NCBI GenBank assembly: GCA_951406725.2
Contig: OX597818.1
Location: forward strand, 49,786,001 to 49,850,000
Source: Octopus vulgaris
Taxonomy: Eukaryota
Reading direction: 5' to 3'
Length of the DNA stretch: 64,000 nucleotides
Both the position numbers and the translations under genes were made by a program. Below, piece by piece: positions 53,818 to 62,098 of this stretch. The notes under the pieces were generated by a model, which saw nothing but the letters and a program-made list of their open reading frames with translations, had not been told where the DNA came from and searched no databases. The first letter of the stretch is position 1. Every line of letters begins with the position of its first letter.

Positions 53818-56800
53818 TAAATTAGAGAAAAACCACTATTATGTAATTCAAACAATGATAGACATAAACCAAATCATAAAGAAAAATATAATATATTATA
53901 AAACATATAACTAGATCACAAAAAGTACAAAAAAATGAATAAACAATATATAATAAGTTATTTATTATTTTGTACTTTTGTGATTTAATTATATGTTTTA
54001 TAATATGTTTTATTCTTTATTTATGATTTGGTTTATGTCTATCATTGTTTGATTTGCATAATAGTGGTTTTTCTCTAATTTATATATATTATATATTTAT
54101 ATTGTGAAATTTGATTTAATACTAAATTGAATTTTTCCCTGTAAGTTTGGAGTTATACTCCCTAATATTATTATTATATACATAGGGCTGGCAAGAAAAA
54201 GGGCATCTAACTGTAAAGAATCTACCTAAACAAATTTCCTGTGACATATGCAAGCACAGAAAAGTGGACATTAAAACAATGATGATGATGAACAAACATT
54301 TTGCCAAAGATTTTAATTTTTTGGCTTATCTTTAGAAATGAAGGAAAAACAAGATTTAAATCTTCACTACATCTCTGGAGTAACATAACTTGGCAGAGTG
54401 TGTAGTTTGGAGATCAGGCAGTCTCTCTAGGTCAAGCAGCTACATTCCAACATTGAGAGGACACAACTCTAGTCCTAAAACATATGATTACAATGTCATA
54501 GGAAAAAAATGCATGAGGGGTTCTTTAAGCCAAGCCAACTAGCAGGAGACCTGGTGATAAACAAAGAATGAGATGGTTGAGTAATATCCATAGCAGAAGC
54601 TGGTTGTGCTTGTGACTCCAGCTGAAAAGTGTAATGAAAGATGTTTCTGATATAATCATATGGAAGAGGTGTCTGAGGATTATACCTGCATCAACCCTCT
54701 CAGGAACAATGGGCAGGGAAAATGGCCTGATAGCTGACTGAAAGTGAAAGTAGTCTGATAGCTGATTGTCATCAGATTTATATCTGAATGTGTACATTGT
54801 ACCAGACGTCATTCAAACTATGAAATATAATGTAGATGTAAATATTAAAGCTTTTTTTCATCTCTAAATATGAGGTTAATGGTCAAAAAGTCTTATAAGT
54901 ATCTTATCTCAAAGATTTGGACATTTCTTCTTCAAGCAACTACAATCAAGATGCATTTCACCACACTACACCAGGAACCTCTGTCTCCCATTAGGGTGTG
55001 GATGTCTCCAAAATATAACATCTGATATGACCTGTTGTTCAGCACGATAGTAGTTACCAGCAAAGCTCACCTTGTGTTGAGCAACAGTAGTAAAGAACAA
55101 TGGAATGTGTTCATAAATCTTGATGGCAAAAACTTTGCTTCCAACCACATTGTTTTGGGTTCAGTTCTACTGTGTGGAACCTTGGGCAAGTGTATTCCAC
55201 TACAGTTCCAGACTGACCAAAGCTTTGTGAGTGGGTATGGGAGAGAAAAACTAAAAGAAACCATCATTTCAACATCCGCTTTTCCATGCTTGTAAGAGTT
55301 GGACATTGTGTGCATGTTACTGTCCCCTTGCCCAGACACTGCTTAAATAGTTGCAAATGAGTGTCACCATCAAACAAGCTGTGACCTTCATTTCCAATTT
55401 TCCATGAAATCATACCTGGTGATGGGGAAATACCACCTTACTTGGAAACAGGTGAGGGTTGGTGACAAGAAGGGCTTCTAGCCATAGAAAATCTTTTTCA
55501 ACAAATTCTGTCCAATCCATGCAAGCATGGAAGTCATAATACTTAGAGCATTTTGCTACGACTAGCTTTCCATATTTGCGCATTTTGCTACTACTAGCTT
55601 TCCATATTTGCGCATTTTGCTACTACTAGCTTTCCGTATTTGCGCATTTTGCTACTACTAGCTTTCCGTATTTGCGCATTTTGCTACTACTAGCTTTCCG
55701 TATTTGCGCATTTTGCTACTACTAGCTTTCTGTATTTGCGCATTTTGCTACTACTAGCTTTCCGTATTTGCGCATTTTGCTACTACTAGCTTTCCGTATT
55801 TGCGCATTTTGCTACTACTAGCTTTCCGTATTTGCGCATTTTGCTACTACTAGCTTTCCGTATTTGCGCATTTTGCTACTACTAGCTTTCCGTATTTGCG
55901 CATTTTGCTACTACTAGCTTTCCGTATTTGCGCATTTTGCTACTACTAGCTTTCCGTATTTGCGCATTTTGCTACTACTAGCTTTCCGTATTTGCGCATT
56001 TTGCTACTACTAGCTTTCCGTATTTGCGCATTTTGCTACTACTAGCTTTCCGTATTTGCGCATTTTGCTACTACTAGCTTTCCGTATTTGCGCATTTTGC
56101 TACTACTAGCTTTCCATATTTGCGCATTTTGCTACTACTAGCTTTCCATATTTGCGCATTTTGCTACTACTAGCTTTCCGTATTTGCGCATTTTGCTACT
56201 ACTAGCTTTCCGTATTTGCGCATTTTGCTACTACTAGCTTTCCATATTTGCGCATTTTGCTACTACTAGCTTTCCGTATTTGCATTTTGCTACTACTAGC
56301 TTTCCGTATTTGCGCATTTTGCTACTACTAGCTTTCCGTATTTGCACATTTTGCTACTACTAGCTTTCCATATCTGCACATTTTGCTACTACTAGCTTTC
56401 CATATTTGCACATTTTGCTACTACTAGCTTTCCATATCTACACATTTTGCTACTACTAGCTTTCCATATTTGCACATTTTGCTACTACTAGCTTTCCATA
56501 TTTGCACATTTTGCTACTACAAGCTTTCCATATTTGCACATTGTGCTACTACAAGCTTTCCATATTTGCACATTTTGCTACTACTAGCTTTCCATATTTG
56601 CACATTTTGCTACTACGAGCTTTCCATATTTGCACATTTTGCTACTACTAGCTTTCCATATTTGAACATTTTGCTACTACTAGCTTTCCATATTTGCACA
56701 TTTTGCTACTACGAGCTTTCCATATTTGCACATTTTGCTACTACAAGCTTTCCATATTTGCACATTGTGCTACTACAAGCTTTCCATATTTGCACATTTT

Positions 56801-57482
56801 GCTACTACTAGCTTTCCATATTTGCACATTTAGCTACTACTAGCTTTCCATATTTGCACATTTTGCTACTACTAGCTTTCCATATTTGAACATTTTGCTA
56901 CTACTAGCTTTCCATATTTGCACATTTTGCTACTACTAGCTTTCCATATTTGCACATTTTGCTACTACTAGCTTTCCATATTTGCACATTTTGCTACTAC
57001 TAGCTTTCCATATTTGCACATTTTGCTACTACTAGCTTTCCATATTTGCACATTTTGCTACTACTAGCTTTCCATATTTGCACATTTTGCTACTACTAGC
57101 TTTCCATATTTGTGTATTTTGCTACTACTAGCTTTCCATATTTGCTTGTATTTATCTCTTGATCTCATGTGTACCTAACTGTGAAAATAATGGCTAGCAT
57201 ATGATGTAGCCTTTGTAAGCAACTAAAATACCTGTTAACTAGAATAAAAATTTAAACTGATGACTAAGTGGTGAATGGTCCAGTTAATATGCCGTGATAT
57301 ATATGCTTCAGTACAGTAGTTAAATTGAAATTGGGTAATGATATTAGGAAAAATAATCAATTAACATACCTAAAAGTTGCATCAAGCTGTTGTGCAGCAG
57401 TTGCAGCTGCCAGGTACACTGGATGCTGCGAAGATGGTGACCACGCCACATTTGCAGTTCGATCAATCTCTTTTACTTTCAT
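3547..57482 (-). CDS. SEC31: Sec31 (COPII outer coat subunit), 23 coding exons in window, 3' end outside the window
   Basis: Spliced translation starts [38 protein letters not shown] and contains [76 protein letters not shown] and WNDPP, all recognisable Sec31 motifs; all junctions GT-AG with consistent phase. Confidence 0.97.
5030..5470 (+). mobile_element. Decayed LINE ORF2 C-terminal fragment
   Basis: Remnant PRTSTLWN...FKSTIN pattern; related fragments near 240-520, 13150-13720, 61590-61760. Confidence 0.5.
5816..6352 (+). mobile_element. Non-autonomous Helitron
   Basis: A|TCTATATAATAC start, subterminal hairpin TGACC-caaca-GGTCA, CTAG|T end; three diverged internal repeats of about 150 bp. 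Confidence 0.75.
9523..9635 (-). CDS. SEC31: Sec31 exon 22 (VAPQAS...[17 protein letters not shown])
   Basis: 113 nt, phase 1-0, WNDPP active-peptide motif, donor gtaagt. Confidence 0.9.
10534..10866 (-). mobile_element. tRNA-headed SINE, another family
   Basis: Minus strand TGGCTCAATGGTTAGAG...GAGTTCGATTCC head then TTGAGCAAGACACTTTATTTCAC core. Confidence 0.65.
11383..11468 (-). CDS. SEC31: Sec31 exon 21 ([29 protein letters not shown])
   Basis: 86 nt, phase 2-1, fits both neighbours. Confidence 0.83.
13330..13560 (-). mobile_element. SINE family B copy, single body
   Basis: Family B consensus; interrupts an older LINE fragment. Confidence 0.8.
13828..13963 (-). CDS. SEC31: Sec31 exon 20 ([12 protein letters not shown]...QQSYP)
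   Basis: 136 nt, phase 1-2, fits both neighbours. Confidence 0.83.
14181..14425 (-). mobile_element. LINE (CR1-like) 3' end with (ATT)n tail
   Basis: Minus translation [28 protein letters not shown]; second copy at about 32390-32628 (+). Confidence 0.65.
14862..15285 (+). mobile_element. tRNA-headed SINE family A (GGCGCAGGAGTGGCTG head, AAAAGAGT tail)
   Basis: A/B-box-like head, internal (TA)n(TG)n; further copies at about 15598-15982 (+), 22165-22550 (-), 35188-35555 (-), 38507-38908 (-). Confidence 0.85.
15598..15982 (+). mobile_element. SINE family A copy
   Basis: Near identity to 14862-15285. Confidence 0.85.
16054..16219 (-). CDS. SEC31: Sec31 exon 19 ([16 protein letters not shown]...APMSK)
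   Basis: 166 nt, phase 0-1, donor gtaaga. Confidence 0.85.
16307..16528 (+). mobile_element. piggyBac-type MITE copy
   Basis: TTAA|CCCTTT...AAAGGG|TTAA. Confidence 0.85.
16560..16781 (+). mobile_element. piggyBac-type MITE copy (tandem with previous)
   Basis: TTAA|CCCTTT...AAAGGG|TTAA. Confidence 0.85.
17770..18187 (-). mobile_element. tRNA-headed SINE family B with duplicated body
   Basis: Head GGCGAGCTGGCAGAA...GAGTTCAAATTCC, core GTCGACTTTGCCTTTCATCCTTTCGGGGTCGATAAATTAAGTACCAG present twice; other copies near 8438, 13330, 36053, 48673, 51251, 57730, 63415. Confidence 0.83.
18647..19009 (-). CDS. SEC31: Sec31 exon 18 ([13 protein letters not shown]...polyQ...GLNPQQ)
   Basis: Conserved DRL then polyQ; donor uncertain (18647 or 18632, both in frame). 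Confidence 0.85.
19092..19421 (-). mobile_element. Probable non-autonomous Helitron
   Basis: Minus strand starts A|TCTCTCTATATATATAAA followed by TGTC/TG repeats; hairpin tgtgcg..cgcaca near a CTAG end; 3' end uncertain. Confidence 0.55.
19509..19679 (-). CDS. SEC31: Sec31 exon 17 ([14 protein letters not shown]...[11 protein letters not shown]...FPG)
   Basis: 171 nt, conserved DLVEKV and LAAQG. Confidence 0.95.
19860..20002 (-). CDS. SEC31: Sec31 exon 16 (DSLGSRLE...[16 protein letters not shown]...ALQ)
   Basis: 143 nt, conserved LCYIC.GNVEKLV..W. Confidence 0.95.
21437..21563 (-). CDS. SEC31: Sec31 exon 15 ([10 protein letters not shown]...[12 protein letters not shown]...LC)
   Basis: 127 nt, conserved NWKEALA motif, donor gtaagt. 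Confidence 0.95.
21694..22008. repeat. 105-bp tandem triplication
   Basis: Units start at 21694, 21799 and 21904, nearly identical. Confidence 0.92.
22165..22550 (-). mobile_element. SINE family A copy
   Basis: Reverse complement of family A. Confidence 0.82.
23279..23457 (-). CDS. SEC31: Sec31 exon 14 ([19 protein letters not shown]...LSR)
   Basis: 179 nt, ACE1 helices (ALL.GNFE.AV, LAIAGG). Confidence 0.95.
23640..24010 (-). mobile_element. SINE with family D head and a different 3' tail ((AAAC)n end)
   Basis: Head matches the 47333 copy; distal half unrelated. Confidence 0.78.
24194..24839. mobile_element. Fold-back MITE with GGATC termini, 8-bp TSD and internal telomere-like repeats (possibly Merlin type)
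   Basis: About 280-bp inverted arms; TSD ATAAGACA both sides; degenerate (TAACCC)n core about 24474-24530. Confidence 0.85.
24858..25026 (-). CDS. SEC31: Sec31 exon 13 ([10 protein letters not shown]...PLTISTNS)
   Basis: 169 nt, phase 0-1, required to restore frame into exon 14. Confidence 0.88.
25382..25822. mobile_element. Fold-back element with hammerhead-like motif in each arm and a tRNA-like centre
   Basis: Arms about 25382-25530 and 25677-25822; CTGATGA-AGGCTG-loop-CAGCC-GAAAC at 25731-25763; A/B-box-like segment 25582-25646. Confidence 0.7.
26816..26899 (-). CDS. SEC31: Sec31 exon 12 ([28 protein letters not shown])
   Basis: 84 nt, phase 0-0, good splice sites, poorly conserved linker. 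Confidence 0.82.
27762..27982 (-). mobile_element. piggyBac-type MITE copy
   Basis: Same family, reverse orientation, TTAA flanks. Confidence 0.83.
28268..28695 (-). mobile_element. SINE family D copy with internal duplication of about 48 bp
   Basis: caccccctgcaggagccttgtggagccttaggtgtttttgctca occurs twice. Confidence 0.83.
28984..29058 (-). CDS. SEC31: Sec31 exon 11 ([25 protein letters not shown])
   Basis: 75 nt, NFE..R..FL.LLGY motif, donor gtaagt. Confidence 0.93.
30356..30607 (-). CDS. SEC31: Sec31 exon 10 (FGGKLITF...IWKFLK)
   Basis: 252 nt, FGGKL motif, overlaps ORF 30284..30628. Confidence 0.95.
30848..31068 (-). mobile_element. piggyBac-type MITE copy
   Basis: Same family, reverse orientation, TTAA flanks. 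Confidence 0.83.
31744..31866 (-). CDS. SEC31: Sec31 exon 9 (VAESFN...[17 protein letters not shown])
   Basis: 123 nt; PKWL..PVG motif of the Sec13-binding blade; donor gtaagg. Confidence 0.94.
33944..34096 (-). CDS. SEC31: Sec31 exon 8 ([22 protein letters not shown]...PTNK)
   Basis: 153 nt, WD40, AG/GT boundaries. Confidence 0.95.
35188..35555 (-). mobile_element. SINE family A copy, head truncated
   Basis: Reverse complement of family A. Confidence 0.82.
36491..36602 (-). CDS. SEC31: Sec31 exon 7 ([30 protein letters not shown]...GE)
   Basis: 112 nt, WD40, donor gtaagt. Confidence 0.95.
36852..37463. mobile_element. Long fold-back element (about 274-bp arms) with hammerhead-like core
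   Basis: Arms 36852-37125 and 37188-37463; CTGACGA 37131, GAAACAGCTGTA 37248-37259. Confidence 0.72.
38507..38908 (-). mobile_element. SINE family A copy
   Basis: Reverse complement of family A. Confidence 0.8.
39381..40058 (-). mobile_element. Family C copy with expanded internal minisatellite of about 62-64 bp (about 8 units)
   Basis: Repeated atggtgctttt..tgccactggcacaggagccagtcaggggcactggcatc units. Confidence 0.85.
40604..40746 (-). CDS. SEC31: Sec31 exon 6 ([15 protein letters not shown]...FEKHQ)
   Basis: 143 nt, WD40, AG/GT boundaries. Confidence 0.95.
41500..41637 (-). CDS. SEC31: Sec31 exon 5 ([11 protein letters not shown]...[18 protein letters not shown])
   Basis: 138 nt, WD40, donor gtaagt. 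Confidence 0.95.
43105..43200 (-). CDS. SEC31: Sec31 exon 4 ([32 protein letters not shown])
   Basis: 96 nt, WD40, donor gtgagt. Confidence 0.95.
44557..44755 (-). CDS. SEC31: Sec31 exon 3 (FYKILWG...[15 protein letters not shown])
   Basis: 199 nt, WD40 repeat sequence, AG/GT boundaries. Confidence 0.95.
44878..45224. mobile_element. Fold-back element with variant hammerhead-like cores
   Basis: Arms about 44878-45001 and 45036-45160; truncated second copy at about 30638-30805. Confidence 0.7.
45682..46090. mobile_element. Related GGATC-ended MITE with short TIRs
   Basis: ggatcttttcggtttgaac / gttcaaaccgaaaagatcc; shares the subterminal taactaaacactt...ctggtagaatgtg block and cctaaccctaa with the 24.2-kb element. 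Confidence 0.78.
46297..46386 (-). CDS. SEC31: Sec31 exon 2 ([13 protein letters not shown]...SEHR)
   Basis: 90 nt, phase 2-2, AG/GT boundaries. Confidence 0.93.
46484..46880 (-). mobile_element. Family C copy
   Basis: (CAT)n start then family C consensus. Confidence 0.82.
47333..47710 (-). mobile_element. tRNA-headed SINE family D (GGCGCAATGGCCCAGTGGTTAGGGC head)
   Basis: tRNA-like head on minus strand; copy at 28268-28695. Confidence 0.83.
48063..48462 (-). mobile_element. Family C copy
   Basis: (CAT)n start then family C consensus. Confidence 0.82.
48673..49092 (-). mobile_element. SINE family B copy with duplicated body
   Basis: Same structure as 17770-18187. Confidence 0.83.
50070..50258. 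repeat. Perfect 85-bp inverted repeat with 19-nt spacer
   Basis: 50070-50154 is the reverse complement of 50174-50258. Confidence 0.9.
51251..51480 (+). mobile_element. SINE family B copy
   Basis: Family B consensus. Confidence 0.8.
51623..51815 (-). mobile_element. RTE-clade LINE C-terminal fragment
   Basis: [14 protein letters not shown]...IKKC...RGGPRKK resembles the RRLRW.GHV.RM...RGRP pattern. Confidence 0.6.
52021..52249 (+). pseudogene. Penelope-like element GIY-YIG endonuclease, C-terminal remnant
   Basis: [18 protein letters not shown] / (one frameshift in CCCCC) / [14 protein letters not shown]...YQIFPLYQC...[19 protein letters not shown], matching the R..H, H...C, R..KE...I....P.LN pattern. 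Confidence 0.72.
53812..54090. repeat. AT-rich imperfect inverted repeat (about 130-bp arms)
   Basis: aattagagaaaaaccactattatg... / ...cataatagtggtttttctctaatt. Confidence 0.8.
55548..57145. repeat. 32-bp minisatellite, about 50 copies
   Basis: Unit GCATTTTGCTACTACTAGCTTTCC(G/A)TATTTGC, head to tail without spacers. Confidence 0.97.
57370..57482 (-). CDS. SEC31: Sec31 coding exon 1 ([16 protein letters not shown]...QQLDATF)
   Basis: ATG at 57482; donor AG|gtatgt; polypyrimidine tract plus AG acceptor 5 nt upstream of the ATG. Confidence 0.95.
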
Positions 57483-57729
57483 TGTTCCTTTAAAAAAAAA
57501 AAAAAAAAGGCAAGGCAGAGTAGATTAAAAATCATTATTTTAATAATTCCTGTTGAAATTAAAATGTTTACCAAACAAAACAAAAACATTGTAATTTAGT
57601 AAATAACAATGTATGCAGGCATACAACCTGGTGATAAGGGTTTTGTAATTATGATCCTAAGGTTGTGTTGGGTTCTTGAATGCAGCACTTTATTTCACTT
57701 TGCTCCAGTCTACTGAACAGTAAACAAAT

Positions 57730-57965
57730 ACCTACTTCTTTACTACCCACAAGGGGTTAAGCACAGAGAGGACAAACAAGGACAGACAAACGGATTAAGT
57801 CGATTACATCGACCCCAGTGCGTAACTGGTACTTAATTTATCAACCCCAAAAGGATGAAAGGCAAAGTCGACCTTGGCGGAATTTGAACTCAGAACGTAA
57901 TGGCAGACGAAATATGGCTACGCATTTCGACTGGTGTGCTAACGTTTCTGACAGCTCGCCACCTT
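57730..57965 (-). mobile_element. SINE family B copy
   Basis: Family B consensus. Confidence 0.8.
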
Positions 57966-58236
57966 AAAACAAATACCTGTAATAGCTGGGAAATTAACCC
58001 TGTAATGGACCAGCATCCTGTCCAGGGGTGAGTATTGTAATCAGTCACTAATATGCCATATAAAGTGGGTTAAGCTCCAGCCTTATGAGTTCTAGGCCAC
58101 ATGACAGACCCTCCACACCCACTAAATAATGTAGAGAGTAAAATAGAGAGAGTTTGGTTAAATTCAGTTCTTTTACTGAGTATTTATGGTAATATTTAAA
58201 ATACTGAACTGTATGTAACTAATAAAGAAGTAAATA

Positions 58237-58803
58237 TTGTGCTGTCTGGAAAGTTCGTGCCAATTTATAGTAGCTTACCTTTTGACTTATTTTAGAACAT
58301 GGTTGAGTCCATAAAATAGGATTTGACTACACCTCCATTTAGAGCACAGTTTAAACTATCTTTTCGTGGTAGAATGTTTATGTTTTTATAACCTGTGTTA
58401 ATTCTGTGACCCTTTAAAATGTAAGATAAGAAAGTTCATTTTCGGCACTTGATTCTTTGGGAACCAGACAAAAATTGCAGCAGCTCAGCTGGGATGTGTT
58501 ACCCCACCCTCCATATTCACCAGATATTGCTCCTTCAGATTTCCACTTATTCAGATCTCTGCAGAATAGTCTTAATCGTAAAAATGTCAAATTCCTTGGA
58601 TGATGTAAAAAGATACCTTGATGAATTCTTTGCTATGAAAATACTTCAGTTCTGGGAAGAGGGTACTTTCAAGCTAAAGGATAGATGGAGATGCATTGTG
58701 CAACAAAATGGTTCATATTTGGTTGATTAAAAATGTAATGGCAAGTATATATTGACCTTTTTCTTTCCTTTAAAAATCGGCACGAACTTTCCGGACAACC
58801 CAA
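58237..58803 (+). mobile_element. Internally deleted mariner element
   Basis: Imperfect TIRs (ttgtgctgtctggaaagttcgtgcc / ggcacgaactttccggacaacccaa), TA flanks, translation WDVLPHPPYSPDIAPSDFHLFRSLQNSL near 58490-58575. Confidence 0.88.
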
Positions 58804-59659
58804 TAGAAAAGGAAAGCTATAACTAAATCTACAGCAGCTGTAATGAAGGTAGTAGACATTAATGACTTGTGTAGTCATGTAGAGTAGATCTGTATCATGA
58901 CAAAGACTGACAGGTGACAACGTTCTTGTGAGACAGCTACACAAATCTGTGGTAAAATTAACATCTTGTATTAGTTGACAAAGTCACATGCTGTAAATTT
59001 TGGTGATCAATAAAAAACTATTTTAAGCTGTAAGAAATATTTTAAGCAGTAACACCTTTAAAAGTTGAGTTGGGAATAGCAATATATTTGATGGGAAGTT
59101 AAAACTTTTGGATAGGCCTTCCCCAAGCTTTCTGTTTTTGGGTAATAGACAATCTGTCACCAAGTTTAACACCACCACTAGCCTTTAGGTACCTTTAGCA
59201 GACCATTTGGGCAAGCTCTCTGATCTGAGGAGGTTTCTTCCTACCAATCTGAGCCAGCCCCTGAAATAGTCCATGAGCGCATCCCTTCATTCCAAAGATT
59301 AAAAAAAAAACAACAACAACAAAATTACCTCTTCATACTATAATTATAGTTAATGCAGAGCAGATGTTAAACAAGCCAGGAGCAATAATAGAGCAATCTA
59401 AACATATTTACCAGTTATTGGTCCAGAAAGCGATATGATCCATATTAAAGTATTAATTAGATATATGAACCCTTAAAGGTCAATAATCTCTGTGAATTAC
59501 TTTGCATAAAATACAGAAAGGAAGAAGGTTGTAATTTGAAGTATTGTTAGAAGGTAAAATAACAGAACTATTTCATAGCCATAAAAGAACAATATTCTAT
59601 AGCTGGATATATTTTAGGCTGTCAAAGCACTCAACAGCTTCTCATGGTTGAAATACATA

Positions 59660-60917
59660 CAGGGGTTGGACAAAATAATGGAAACACCTAGCATCATAGC
59701 ATTATAATTTTGAAATATCTATAAAACTGTCAAAAGCTTGTTTATTTTTGTTTTTTGATTTCTTATTAGGGTTCCTTAATATGTTTTACTAAAATTGCTG
59801 TTTCTTTTCAGATATCATCAGAAAAAGGTAATTAAAATTCATTAAAATGACAGATCAATTGGACTTTCAAAGCGGTCAAATTGTTGGTGTTCGTATGGCA
59901 GGTGCTAGTGTAATGAAAACAGCTGAAATGTCTGGTGCATCAAGAAGTGCTGTCTCAAAAGTAATGACAGCCTTTGAGAAAGAGGGAAAAAAACCTCCTC
60001 TTTGAAACAAAACTCTGGAAGAAAACCAAAACTTTCAGATAGGGACCACTGGACTTTTATGCAAATCGGTAGAAAGGATCACAAAAGTACAGCTCCCAAA
60101 ATTACTGCAGAGCTTAATGACCACTCTGAGAACCCAGTTTCCACAAAAACTGTTAGCCGGGAGCTGCAGAAAGCCAGATTTCACAGGAGGGCTGCAATTC
60201 AAAAACAAACGTTGCAAAGGGTTTAGAAAGAGGTAAAATCCTACAGAATTGGTCCCTAGAGAAGTGGAGGAATGTTATTTTCTCGAATGAATCATCCTTT
60301 ACCCTATTTCCAACCACCAGCCAAGTATACATGTGGAGACAGCCAAAAGAAGCATTTGACTCAGACTGCCTTCTTCCAACTGTTAAACATGGAGGAGGAT
60401 CTGTGATGATCTGGGGAGCTATATCTTGGAAATCTGCTGGCCCAATGGTTTCCCTTCATAGCAGAATTGATAGTCAAGACTATTTAAGCATTTTATCTGA
60501 TCAAATTCATCCTATGGTTGCAGAACTGTTTCTGGAGGGAAACACAATCTTTCAGGATGATAATGCACCAATTCACACAGCTAAAGTTGTTACTGAATGG
60601 CACGAGGAACATTCTAGTGAAGTTGAACATCTTATCTGGTCACCACAGTCCCCAGATCTCAATATTATTGAACATTTATGGTGCATTTTAGAAAAACAAG
60701 TGAAGGAGTCGATATCCTCTACAATCATCACTATAAGAACTGGAGACTGTTTTAGCTGAAGAATGGACAAAAATTCTTTTGGAAACAATTCAAACTTTGT
60801 ACGAATCCATATCTTATAGAATTCAAGCTGGAATTACTGCTAAAGGCGGTCCTACCCCATATTAAAATAAATTTGTTTGAAATTTTAAGGTGTTTCCATT
60901 ATTTTGTCCAACCCCTG
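59660..60917 (+). mobile_element. Tc1-family (DD34E) DNA transposon, near full length, decayed
   Basis: 30-bp TIRs CAGGGGTTGGACAAAATAATGGAAACACCT with TA on both sides; transposase motifs inside. Confidence 0.93.
59847..60865 (+). pseudogene. Tc1 transposase pseudogene
   Basis: MTDQLDFQSGQIVG...SGRKPKLS...FSNES...KHGGGSVMIWGAIS...FQDDNAPIH...WSPQSPDLNIIEHLW; frameshifts, stops, first catalytic D changed to N. Confidence 0.9.
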
Positions 60918-61897
60918 TATATGTAACTTTGAAGAGAAAAGCAACTCTCTTCAATGAGGTTCTAATGAAGTTAGTATTCAGCAAAAGATTACTTTTGGAA
61001 AGTATTCATGAGAAGTGTGACAGATTGAAGAGATTTGTCTTTCAAAAAGTAGATTTTGCAGTTTATAGTCTTTACTCCTTCTGTGACTATATATCAAAGT
61101 AGACTATCTATACGCTTCATTACAAGTCTTTAGAAGGGGTTTAGCAAAACATCTGTAACTTTATATATTGGTATATTAAGCTGGTCTTGACTAGCTTTAT
61201 TGCTATATCACCATTCATAGTGTAATGAAATATGAACCCCTAAACATGAACAACACACAACTGGATCCTTTAAGGTCGCTACAAATACTAGACTTCAATA
61301 TCCTGCAATTAAATACTACAGACTTCAAATATTACTCTCTACAAAGGCCCATAATGGTGTGCTGCCCCAGACTGGAACTGAACTGCTGCTACACACAGAC
61401 ATCTTAGATTGCATCCAAAGAAAGATCAAATTGGGATGATGTCACTCACTCATCTCTGGCCCACAGGTGAGCTGTCTCTTCTCCCTCCCCACGTCTGTCT
61501 TTCTATAGCTACTACAGTGGTCACTGCTCTTCAAGATCTGGTTGGTTTCCTGTCATCTAAGCACTCTCAACCAGATTGTGTCTCTCCATCCATATTATAT
61601 CTACAACCCCGAGTCCTGCCCTAGCTACCTACCTACCTCACTCCAGAACATCAACTTTCTGTAATTCATTCTGCACATGTCTTTCCTGCAGCTGCCAACT
61701 TATGAATGGTCAAGAGTAATATTAATTGTATCGATCACTCCAGATGCATTAGGTCTACAAGGAGTTTGGATACTACTCCTTCCGTTAAACCAATCCAATA
61801 AAAAAGAAAAGGTTCAATATTATAAGGAACCTCGTTTTTCTAGTCTTAGGAACAATAATTCCCAACAATATAAAAACGTTACTTCAAGTGACTAAGA

Positions 61898-62098
61898 CAG
61901 TGCTTTTCAAACTTTTTGCTGGAGCGGAACCCCAAGAAAACATTCCACTGGCTCGAGGAACCCCTGTGCAATAATTTAATAGTCTTATGCACACATATCT
62001 GCACAGGAGAATTAAAAATTACTGCCGATTTTAGCAGTTTTCTAACTTCTTGCGGAACCCCTGGACTGTACTGGCGGAACCCTGGTTGAAAATCACTG
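61898..62098. mobile_element. hAT (Charlie-like) MITE
   Basis: CAGTG...CACTG termini, 8-bp TSD GACTAAGA on both sides, internal GCGGAACCC repeats. Confidence 0.85.

Noticed and set aside
56470-56811. 113-aa ORF with repeated peptide
   Set aside because: Translation of the minisatellite
55548-57145. CRISPR-like array of 32-bp repeats
   Set aside because: Units are contiguous with no unique spacers, there are no cas genes and the context is a eukaryotic intron
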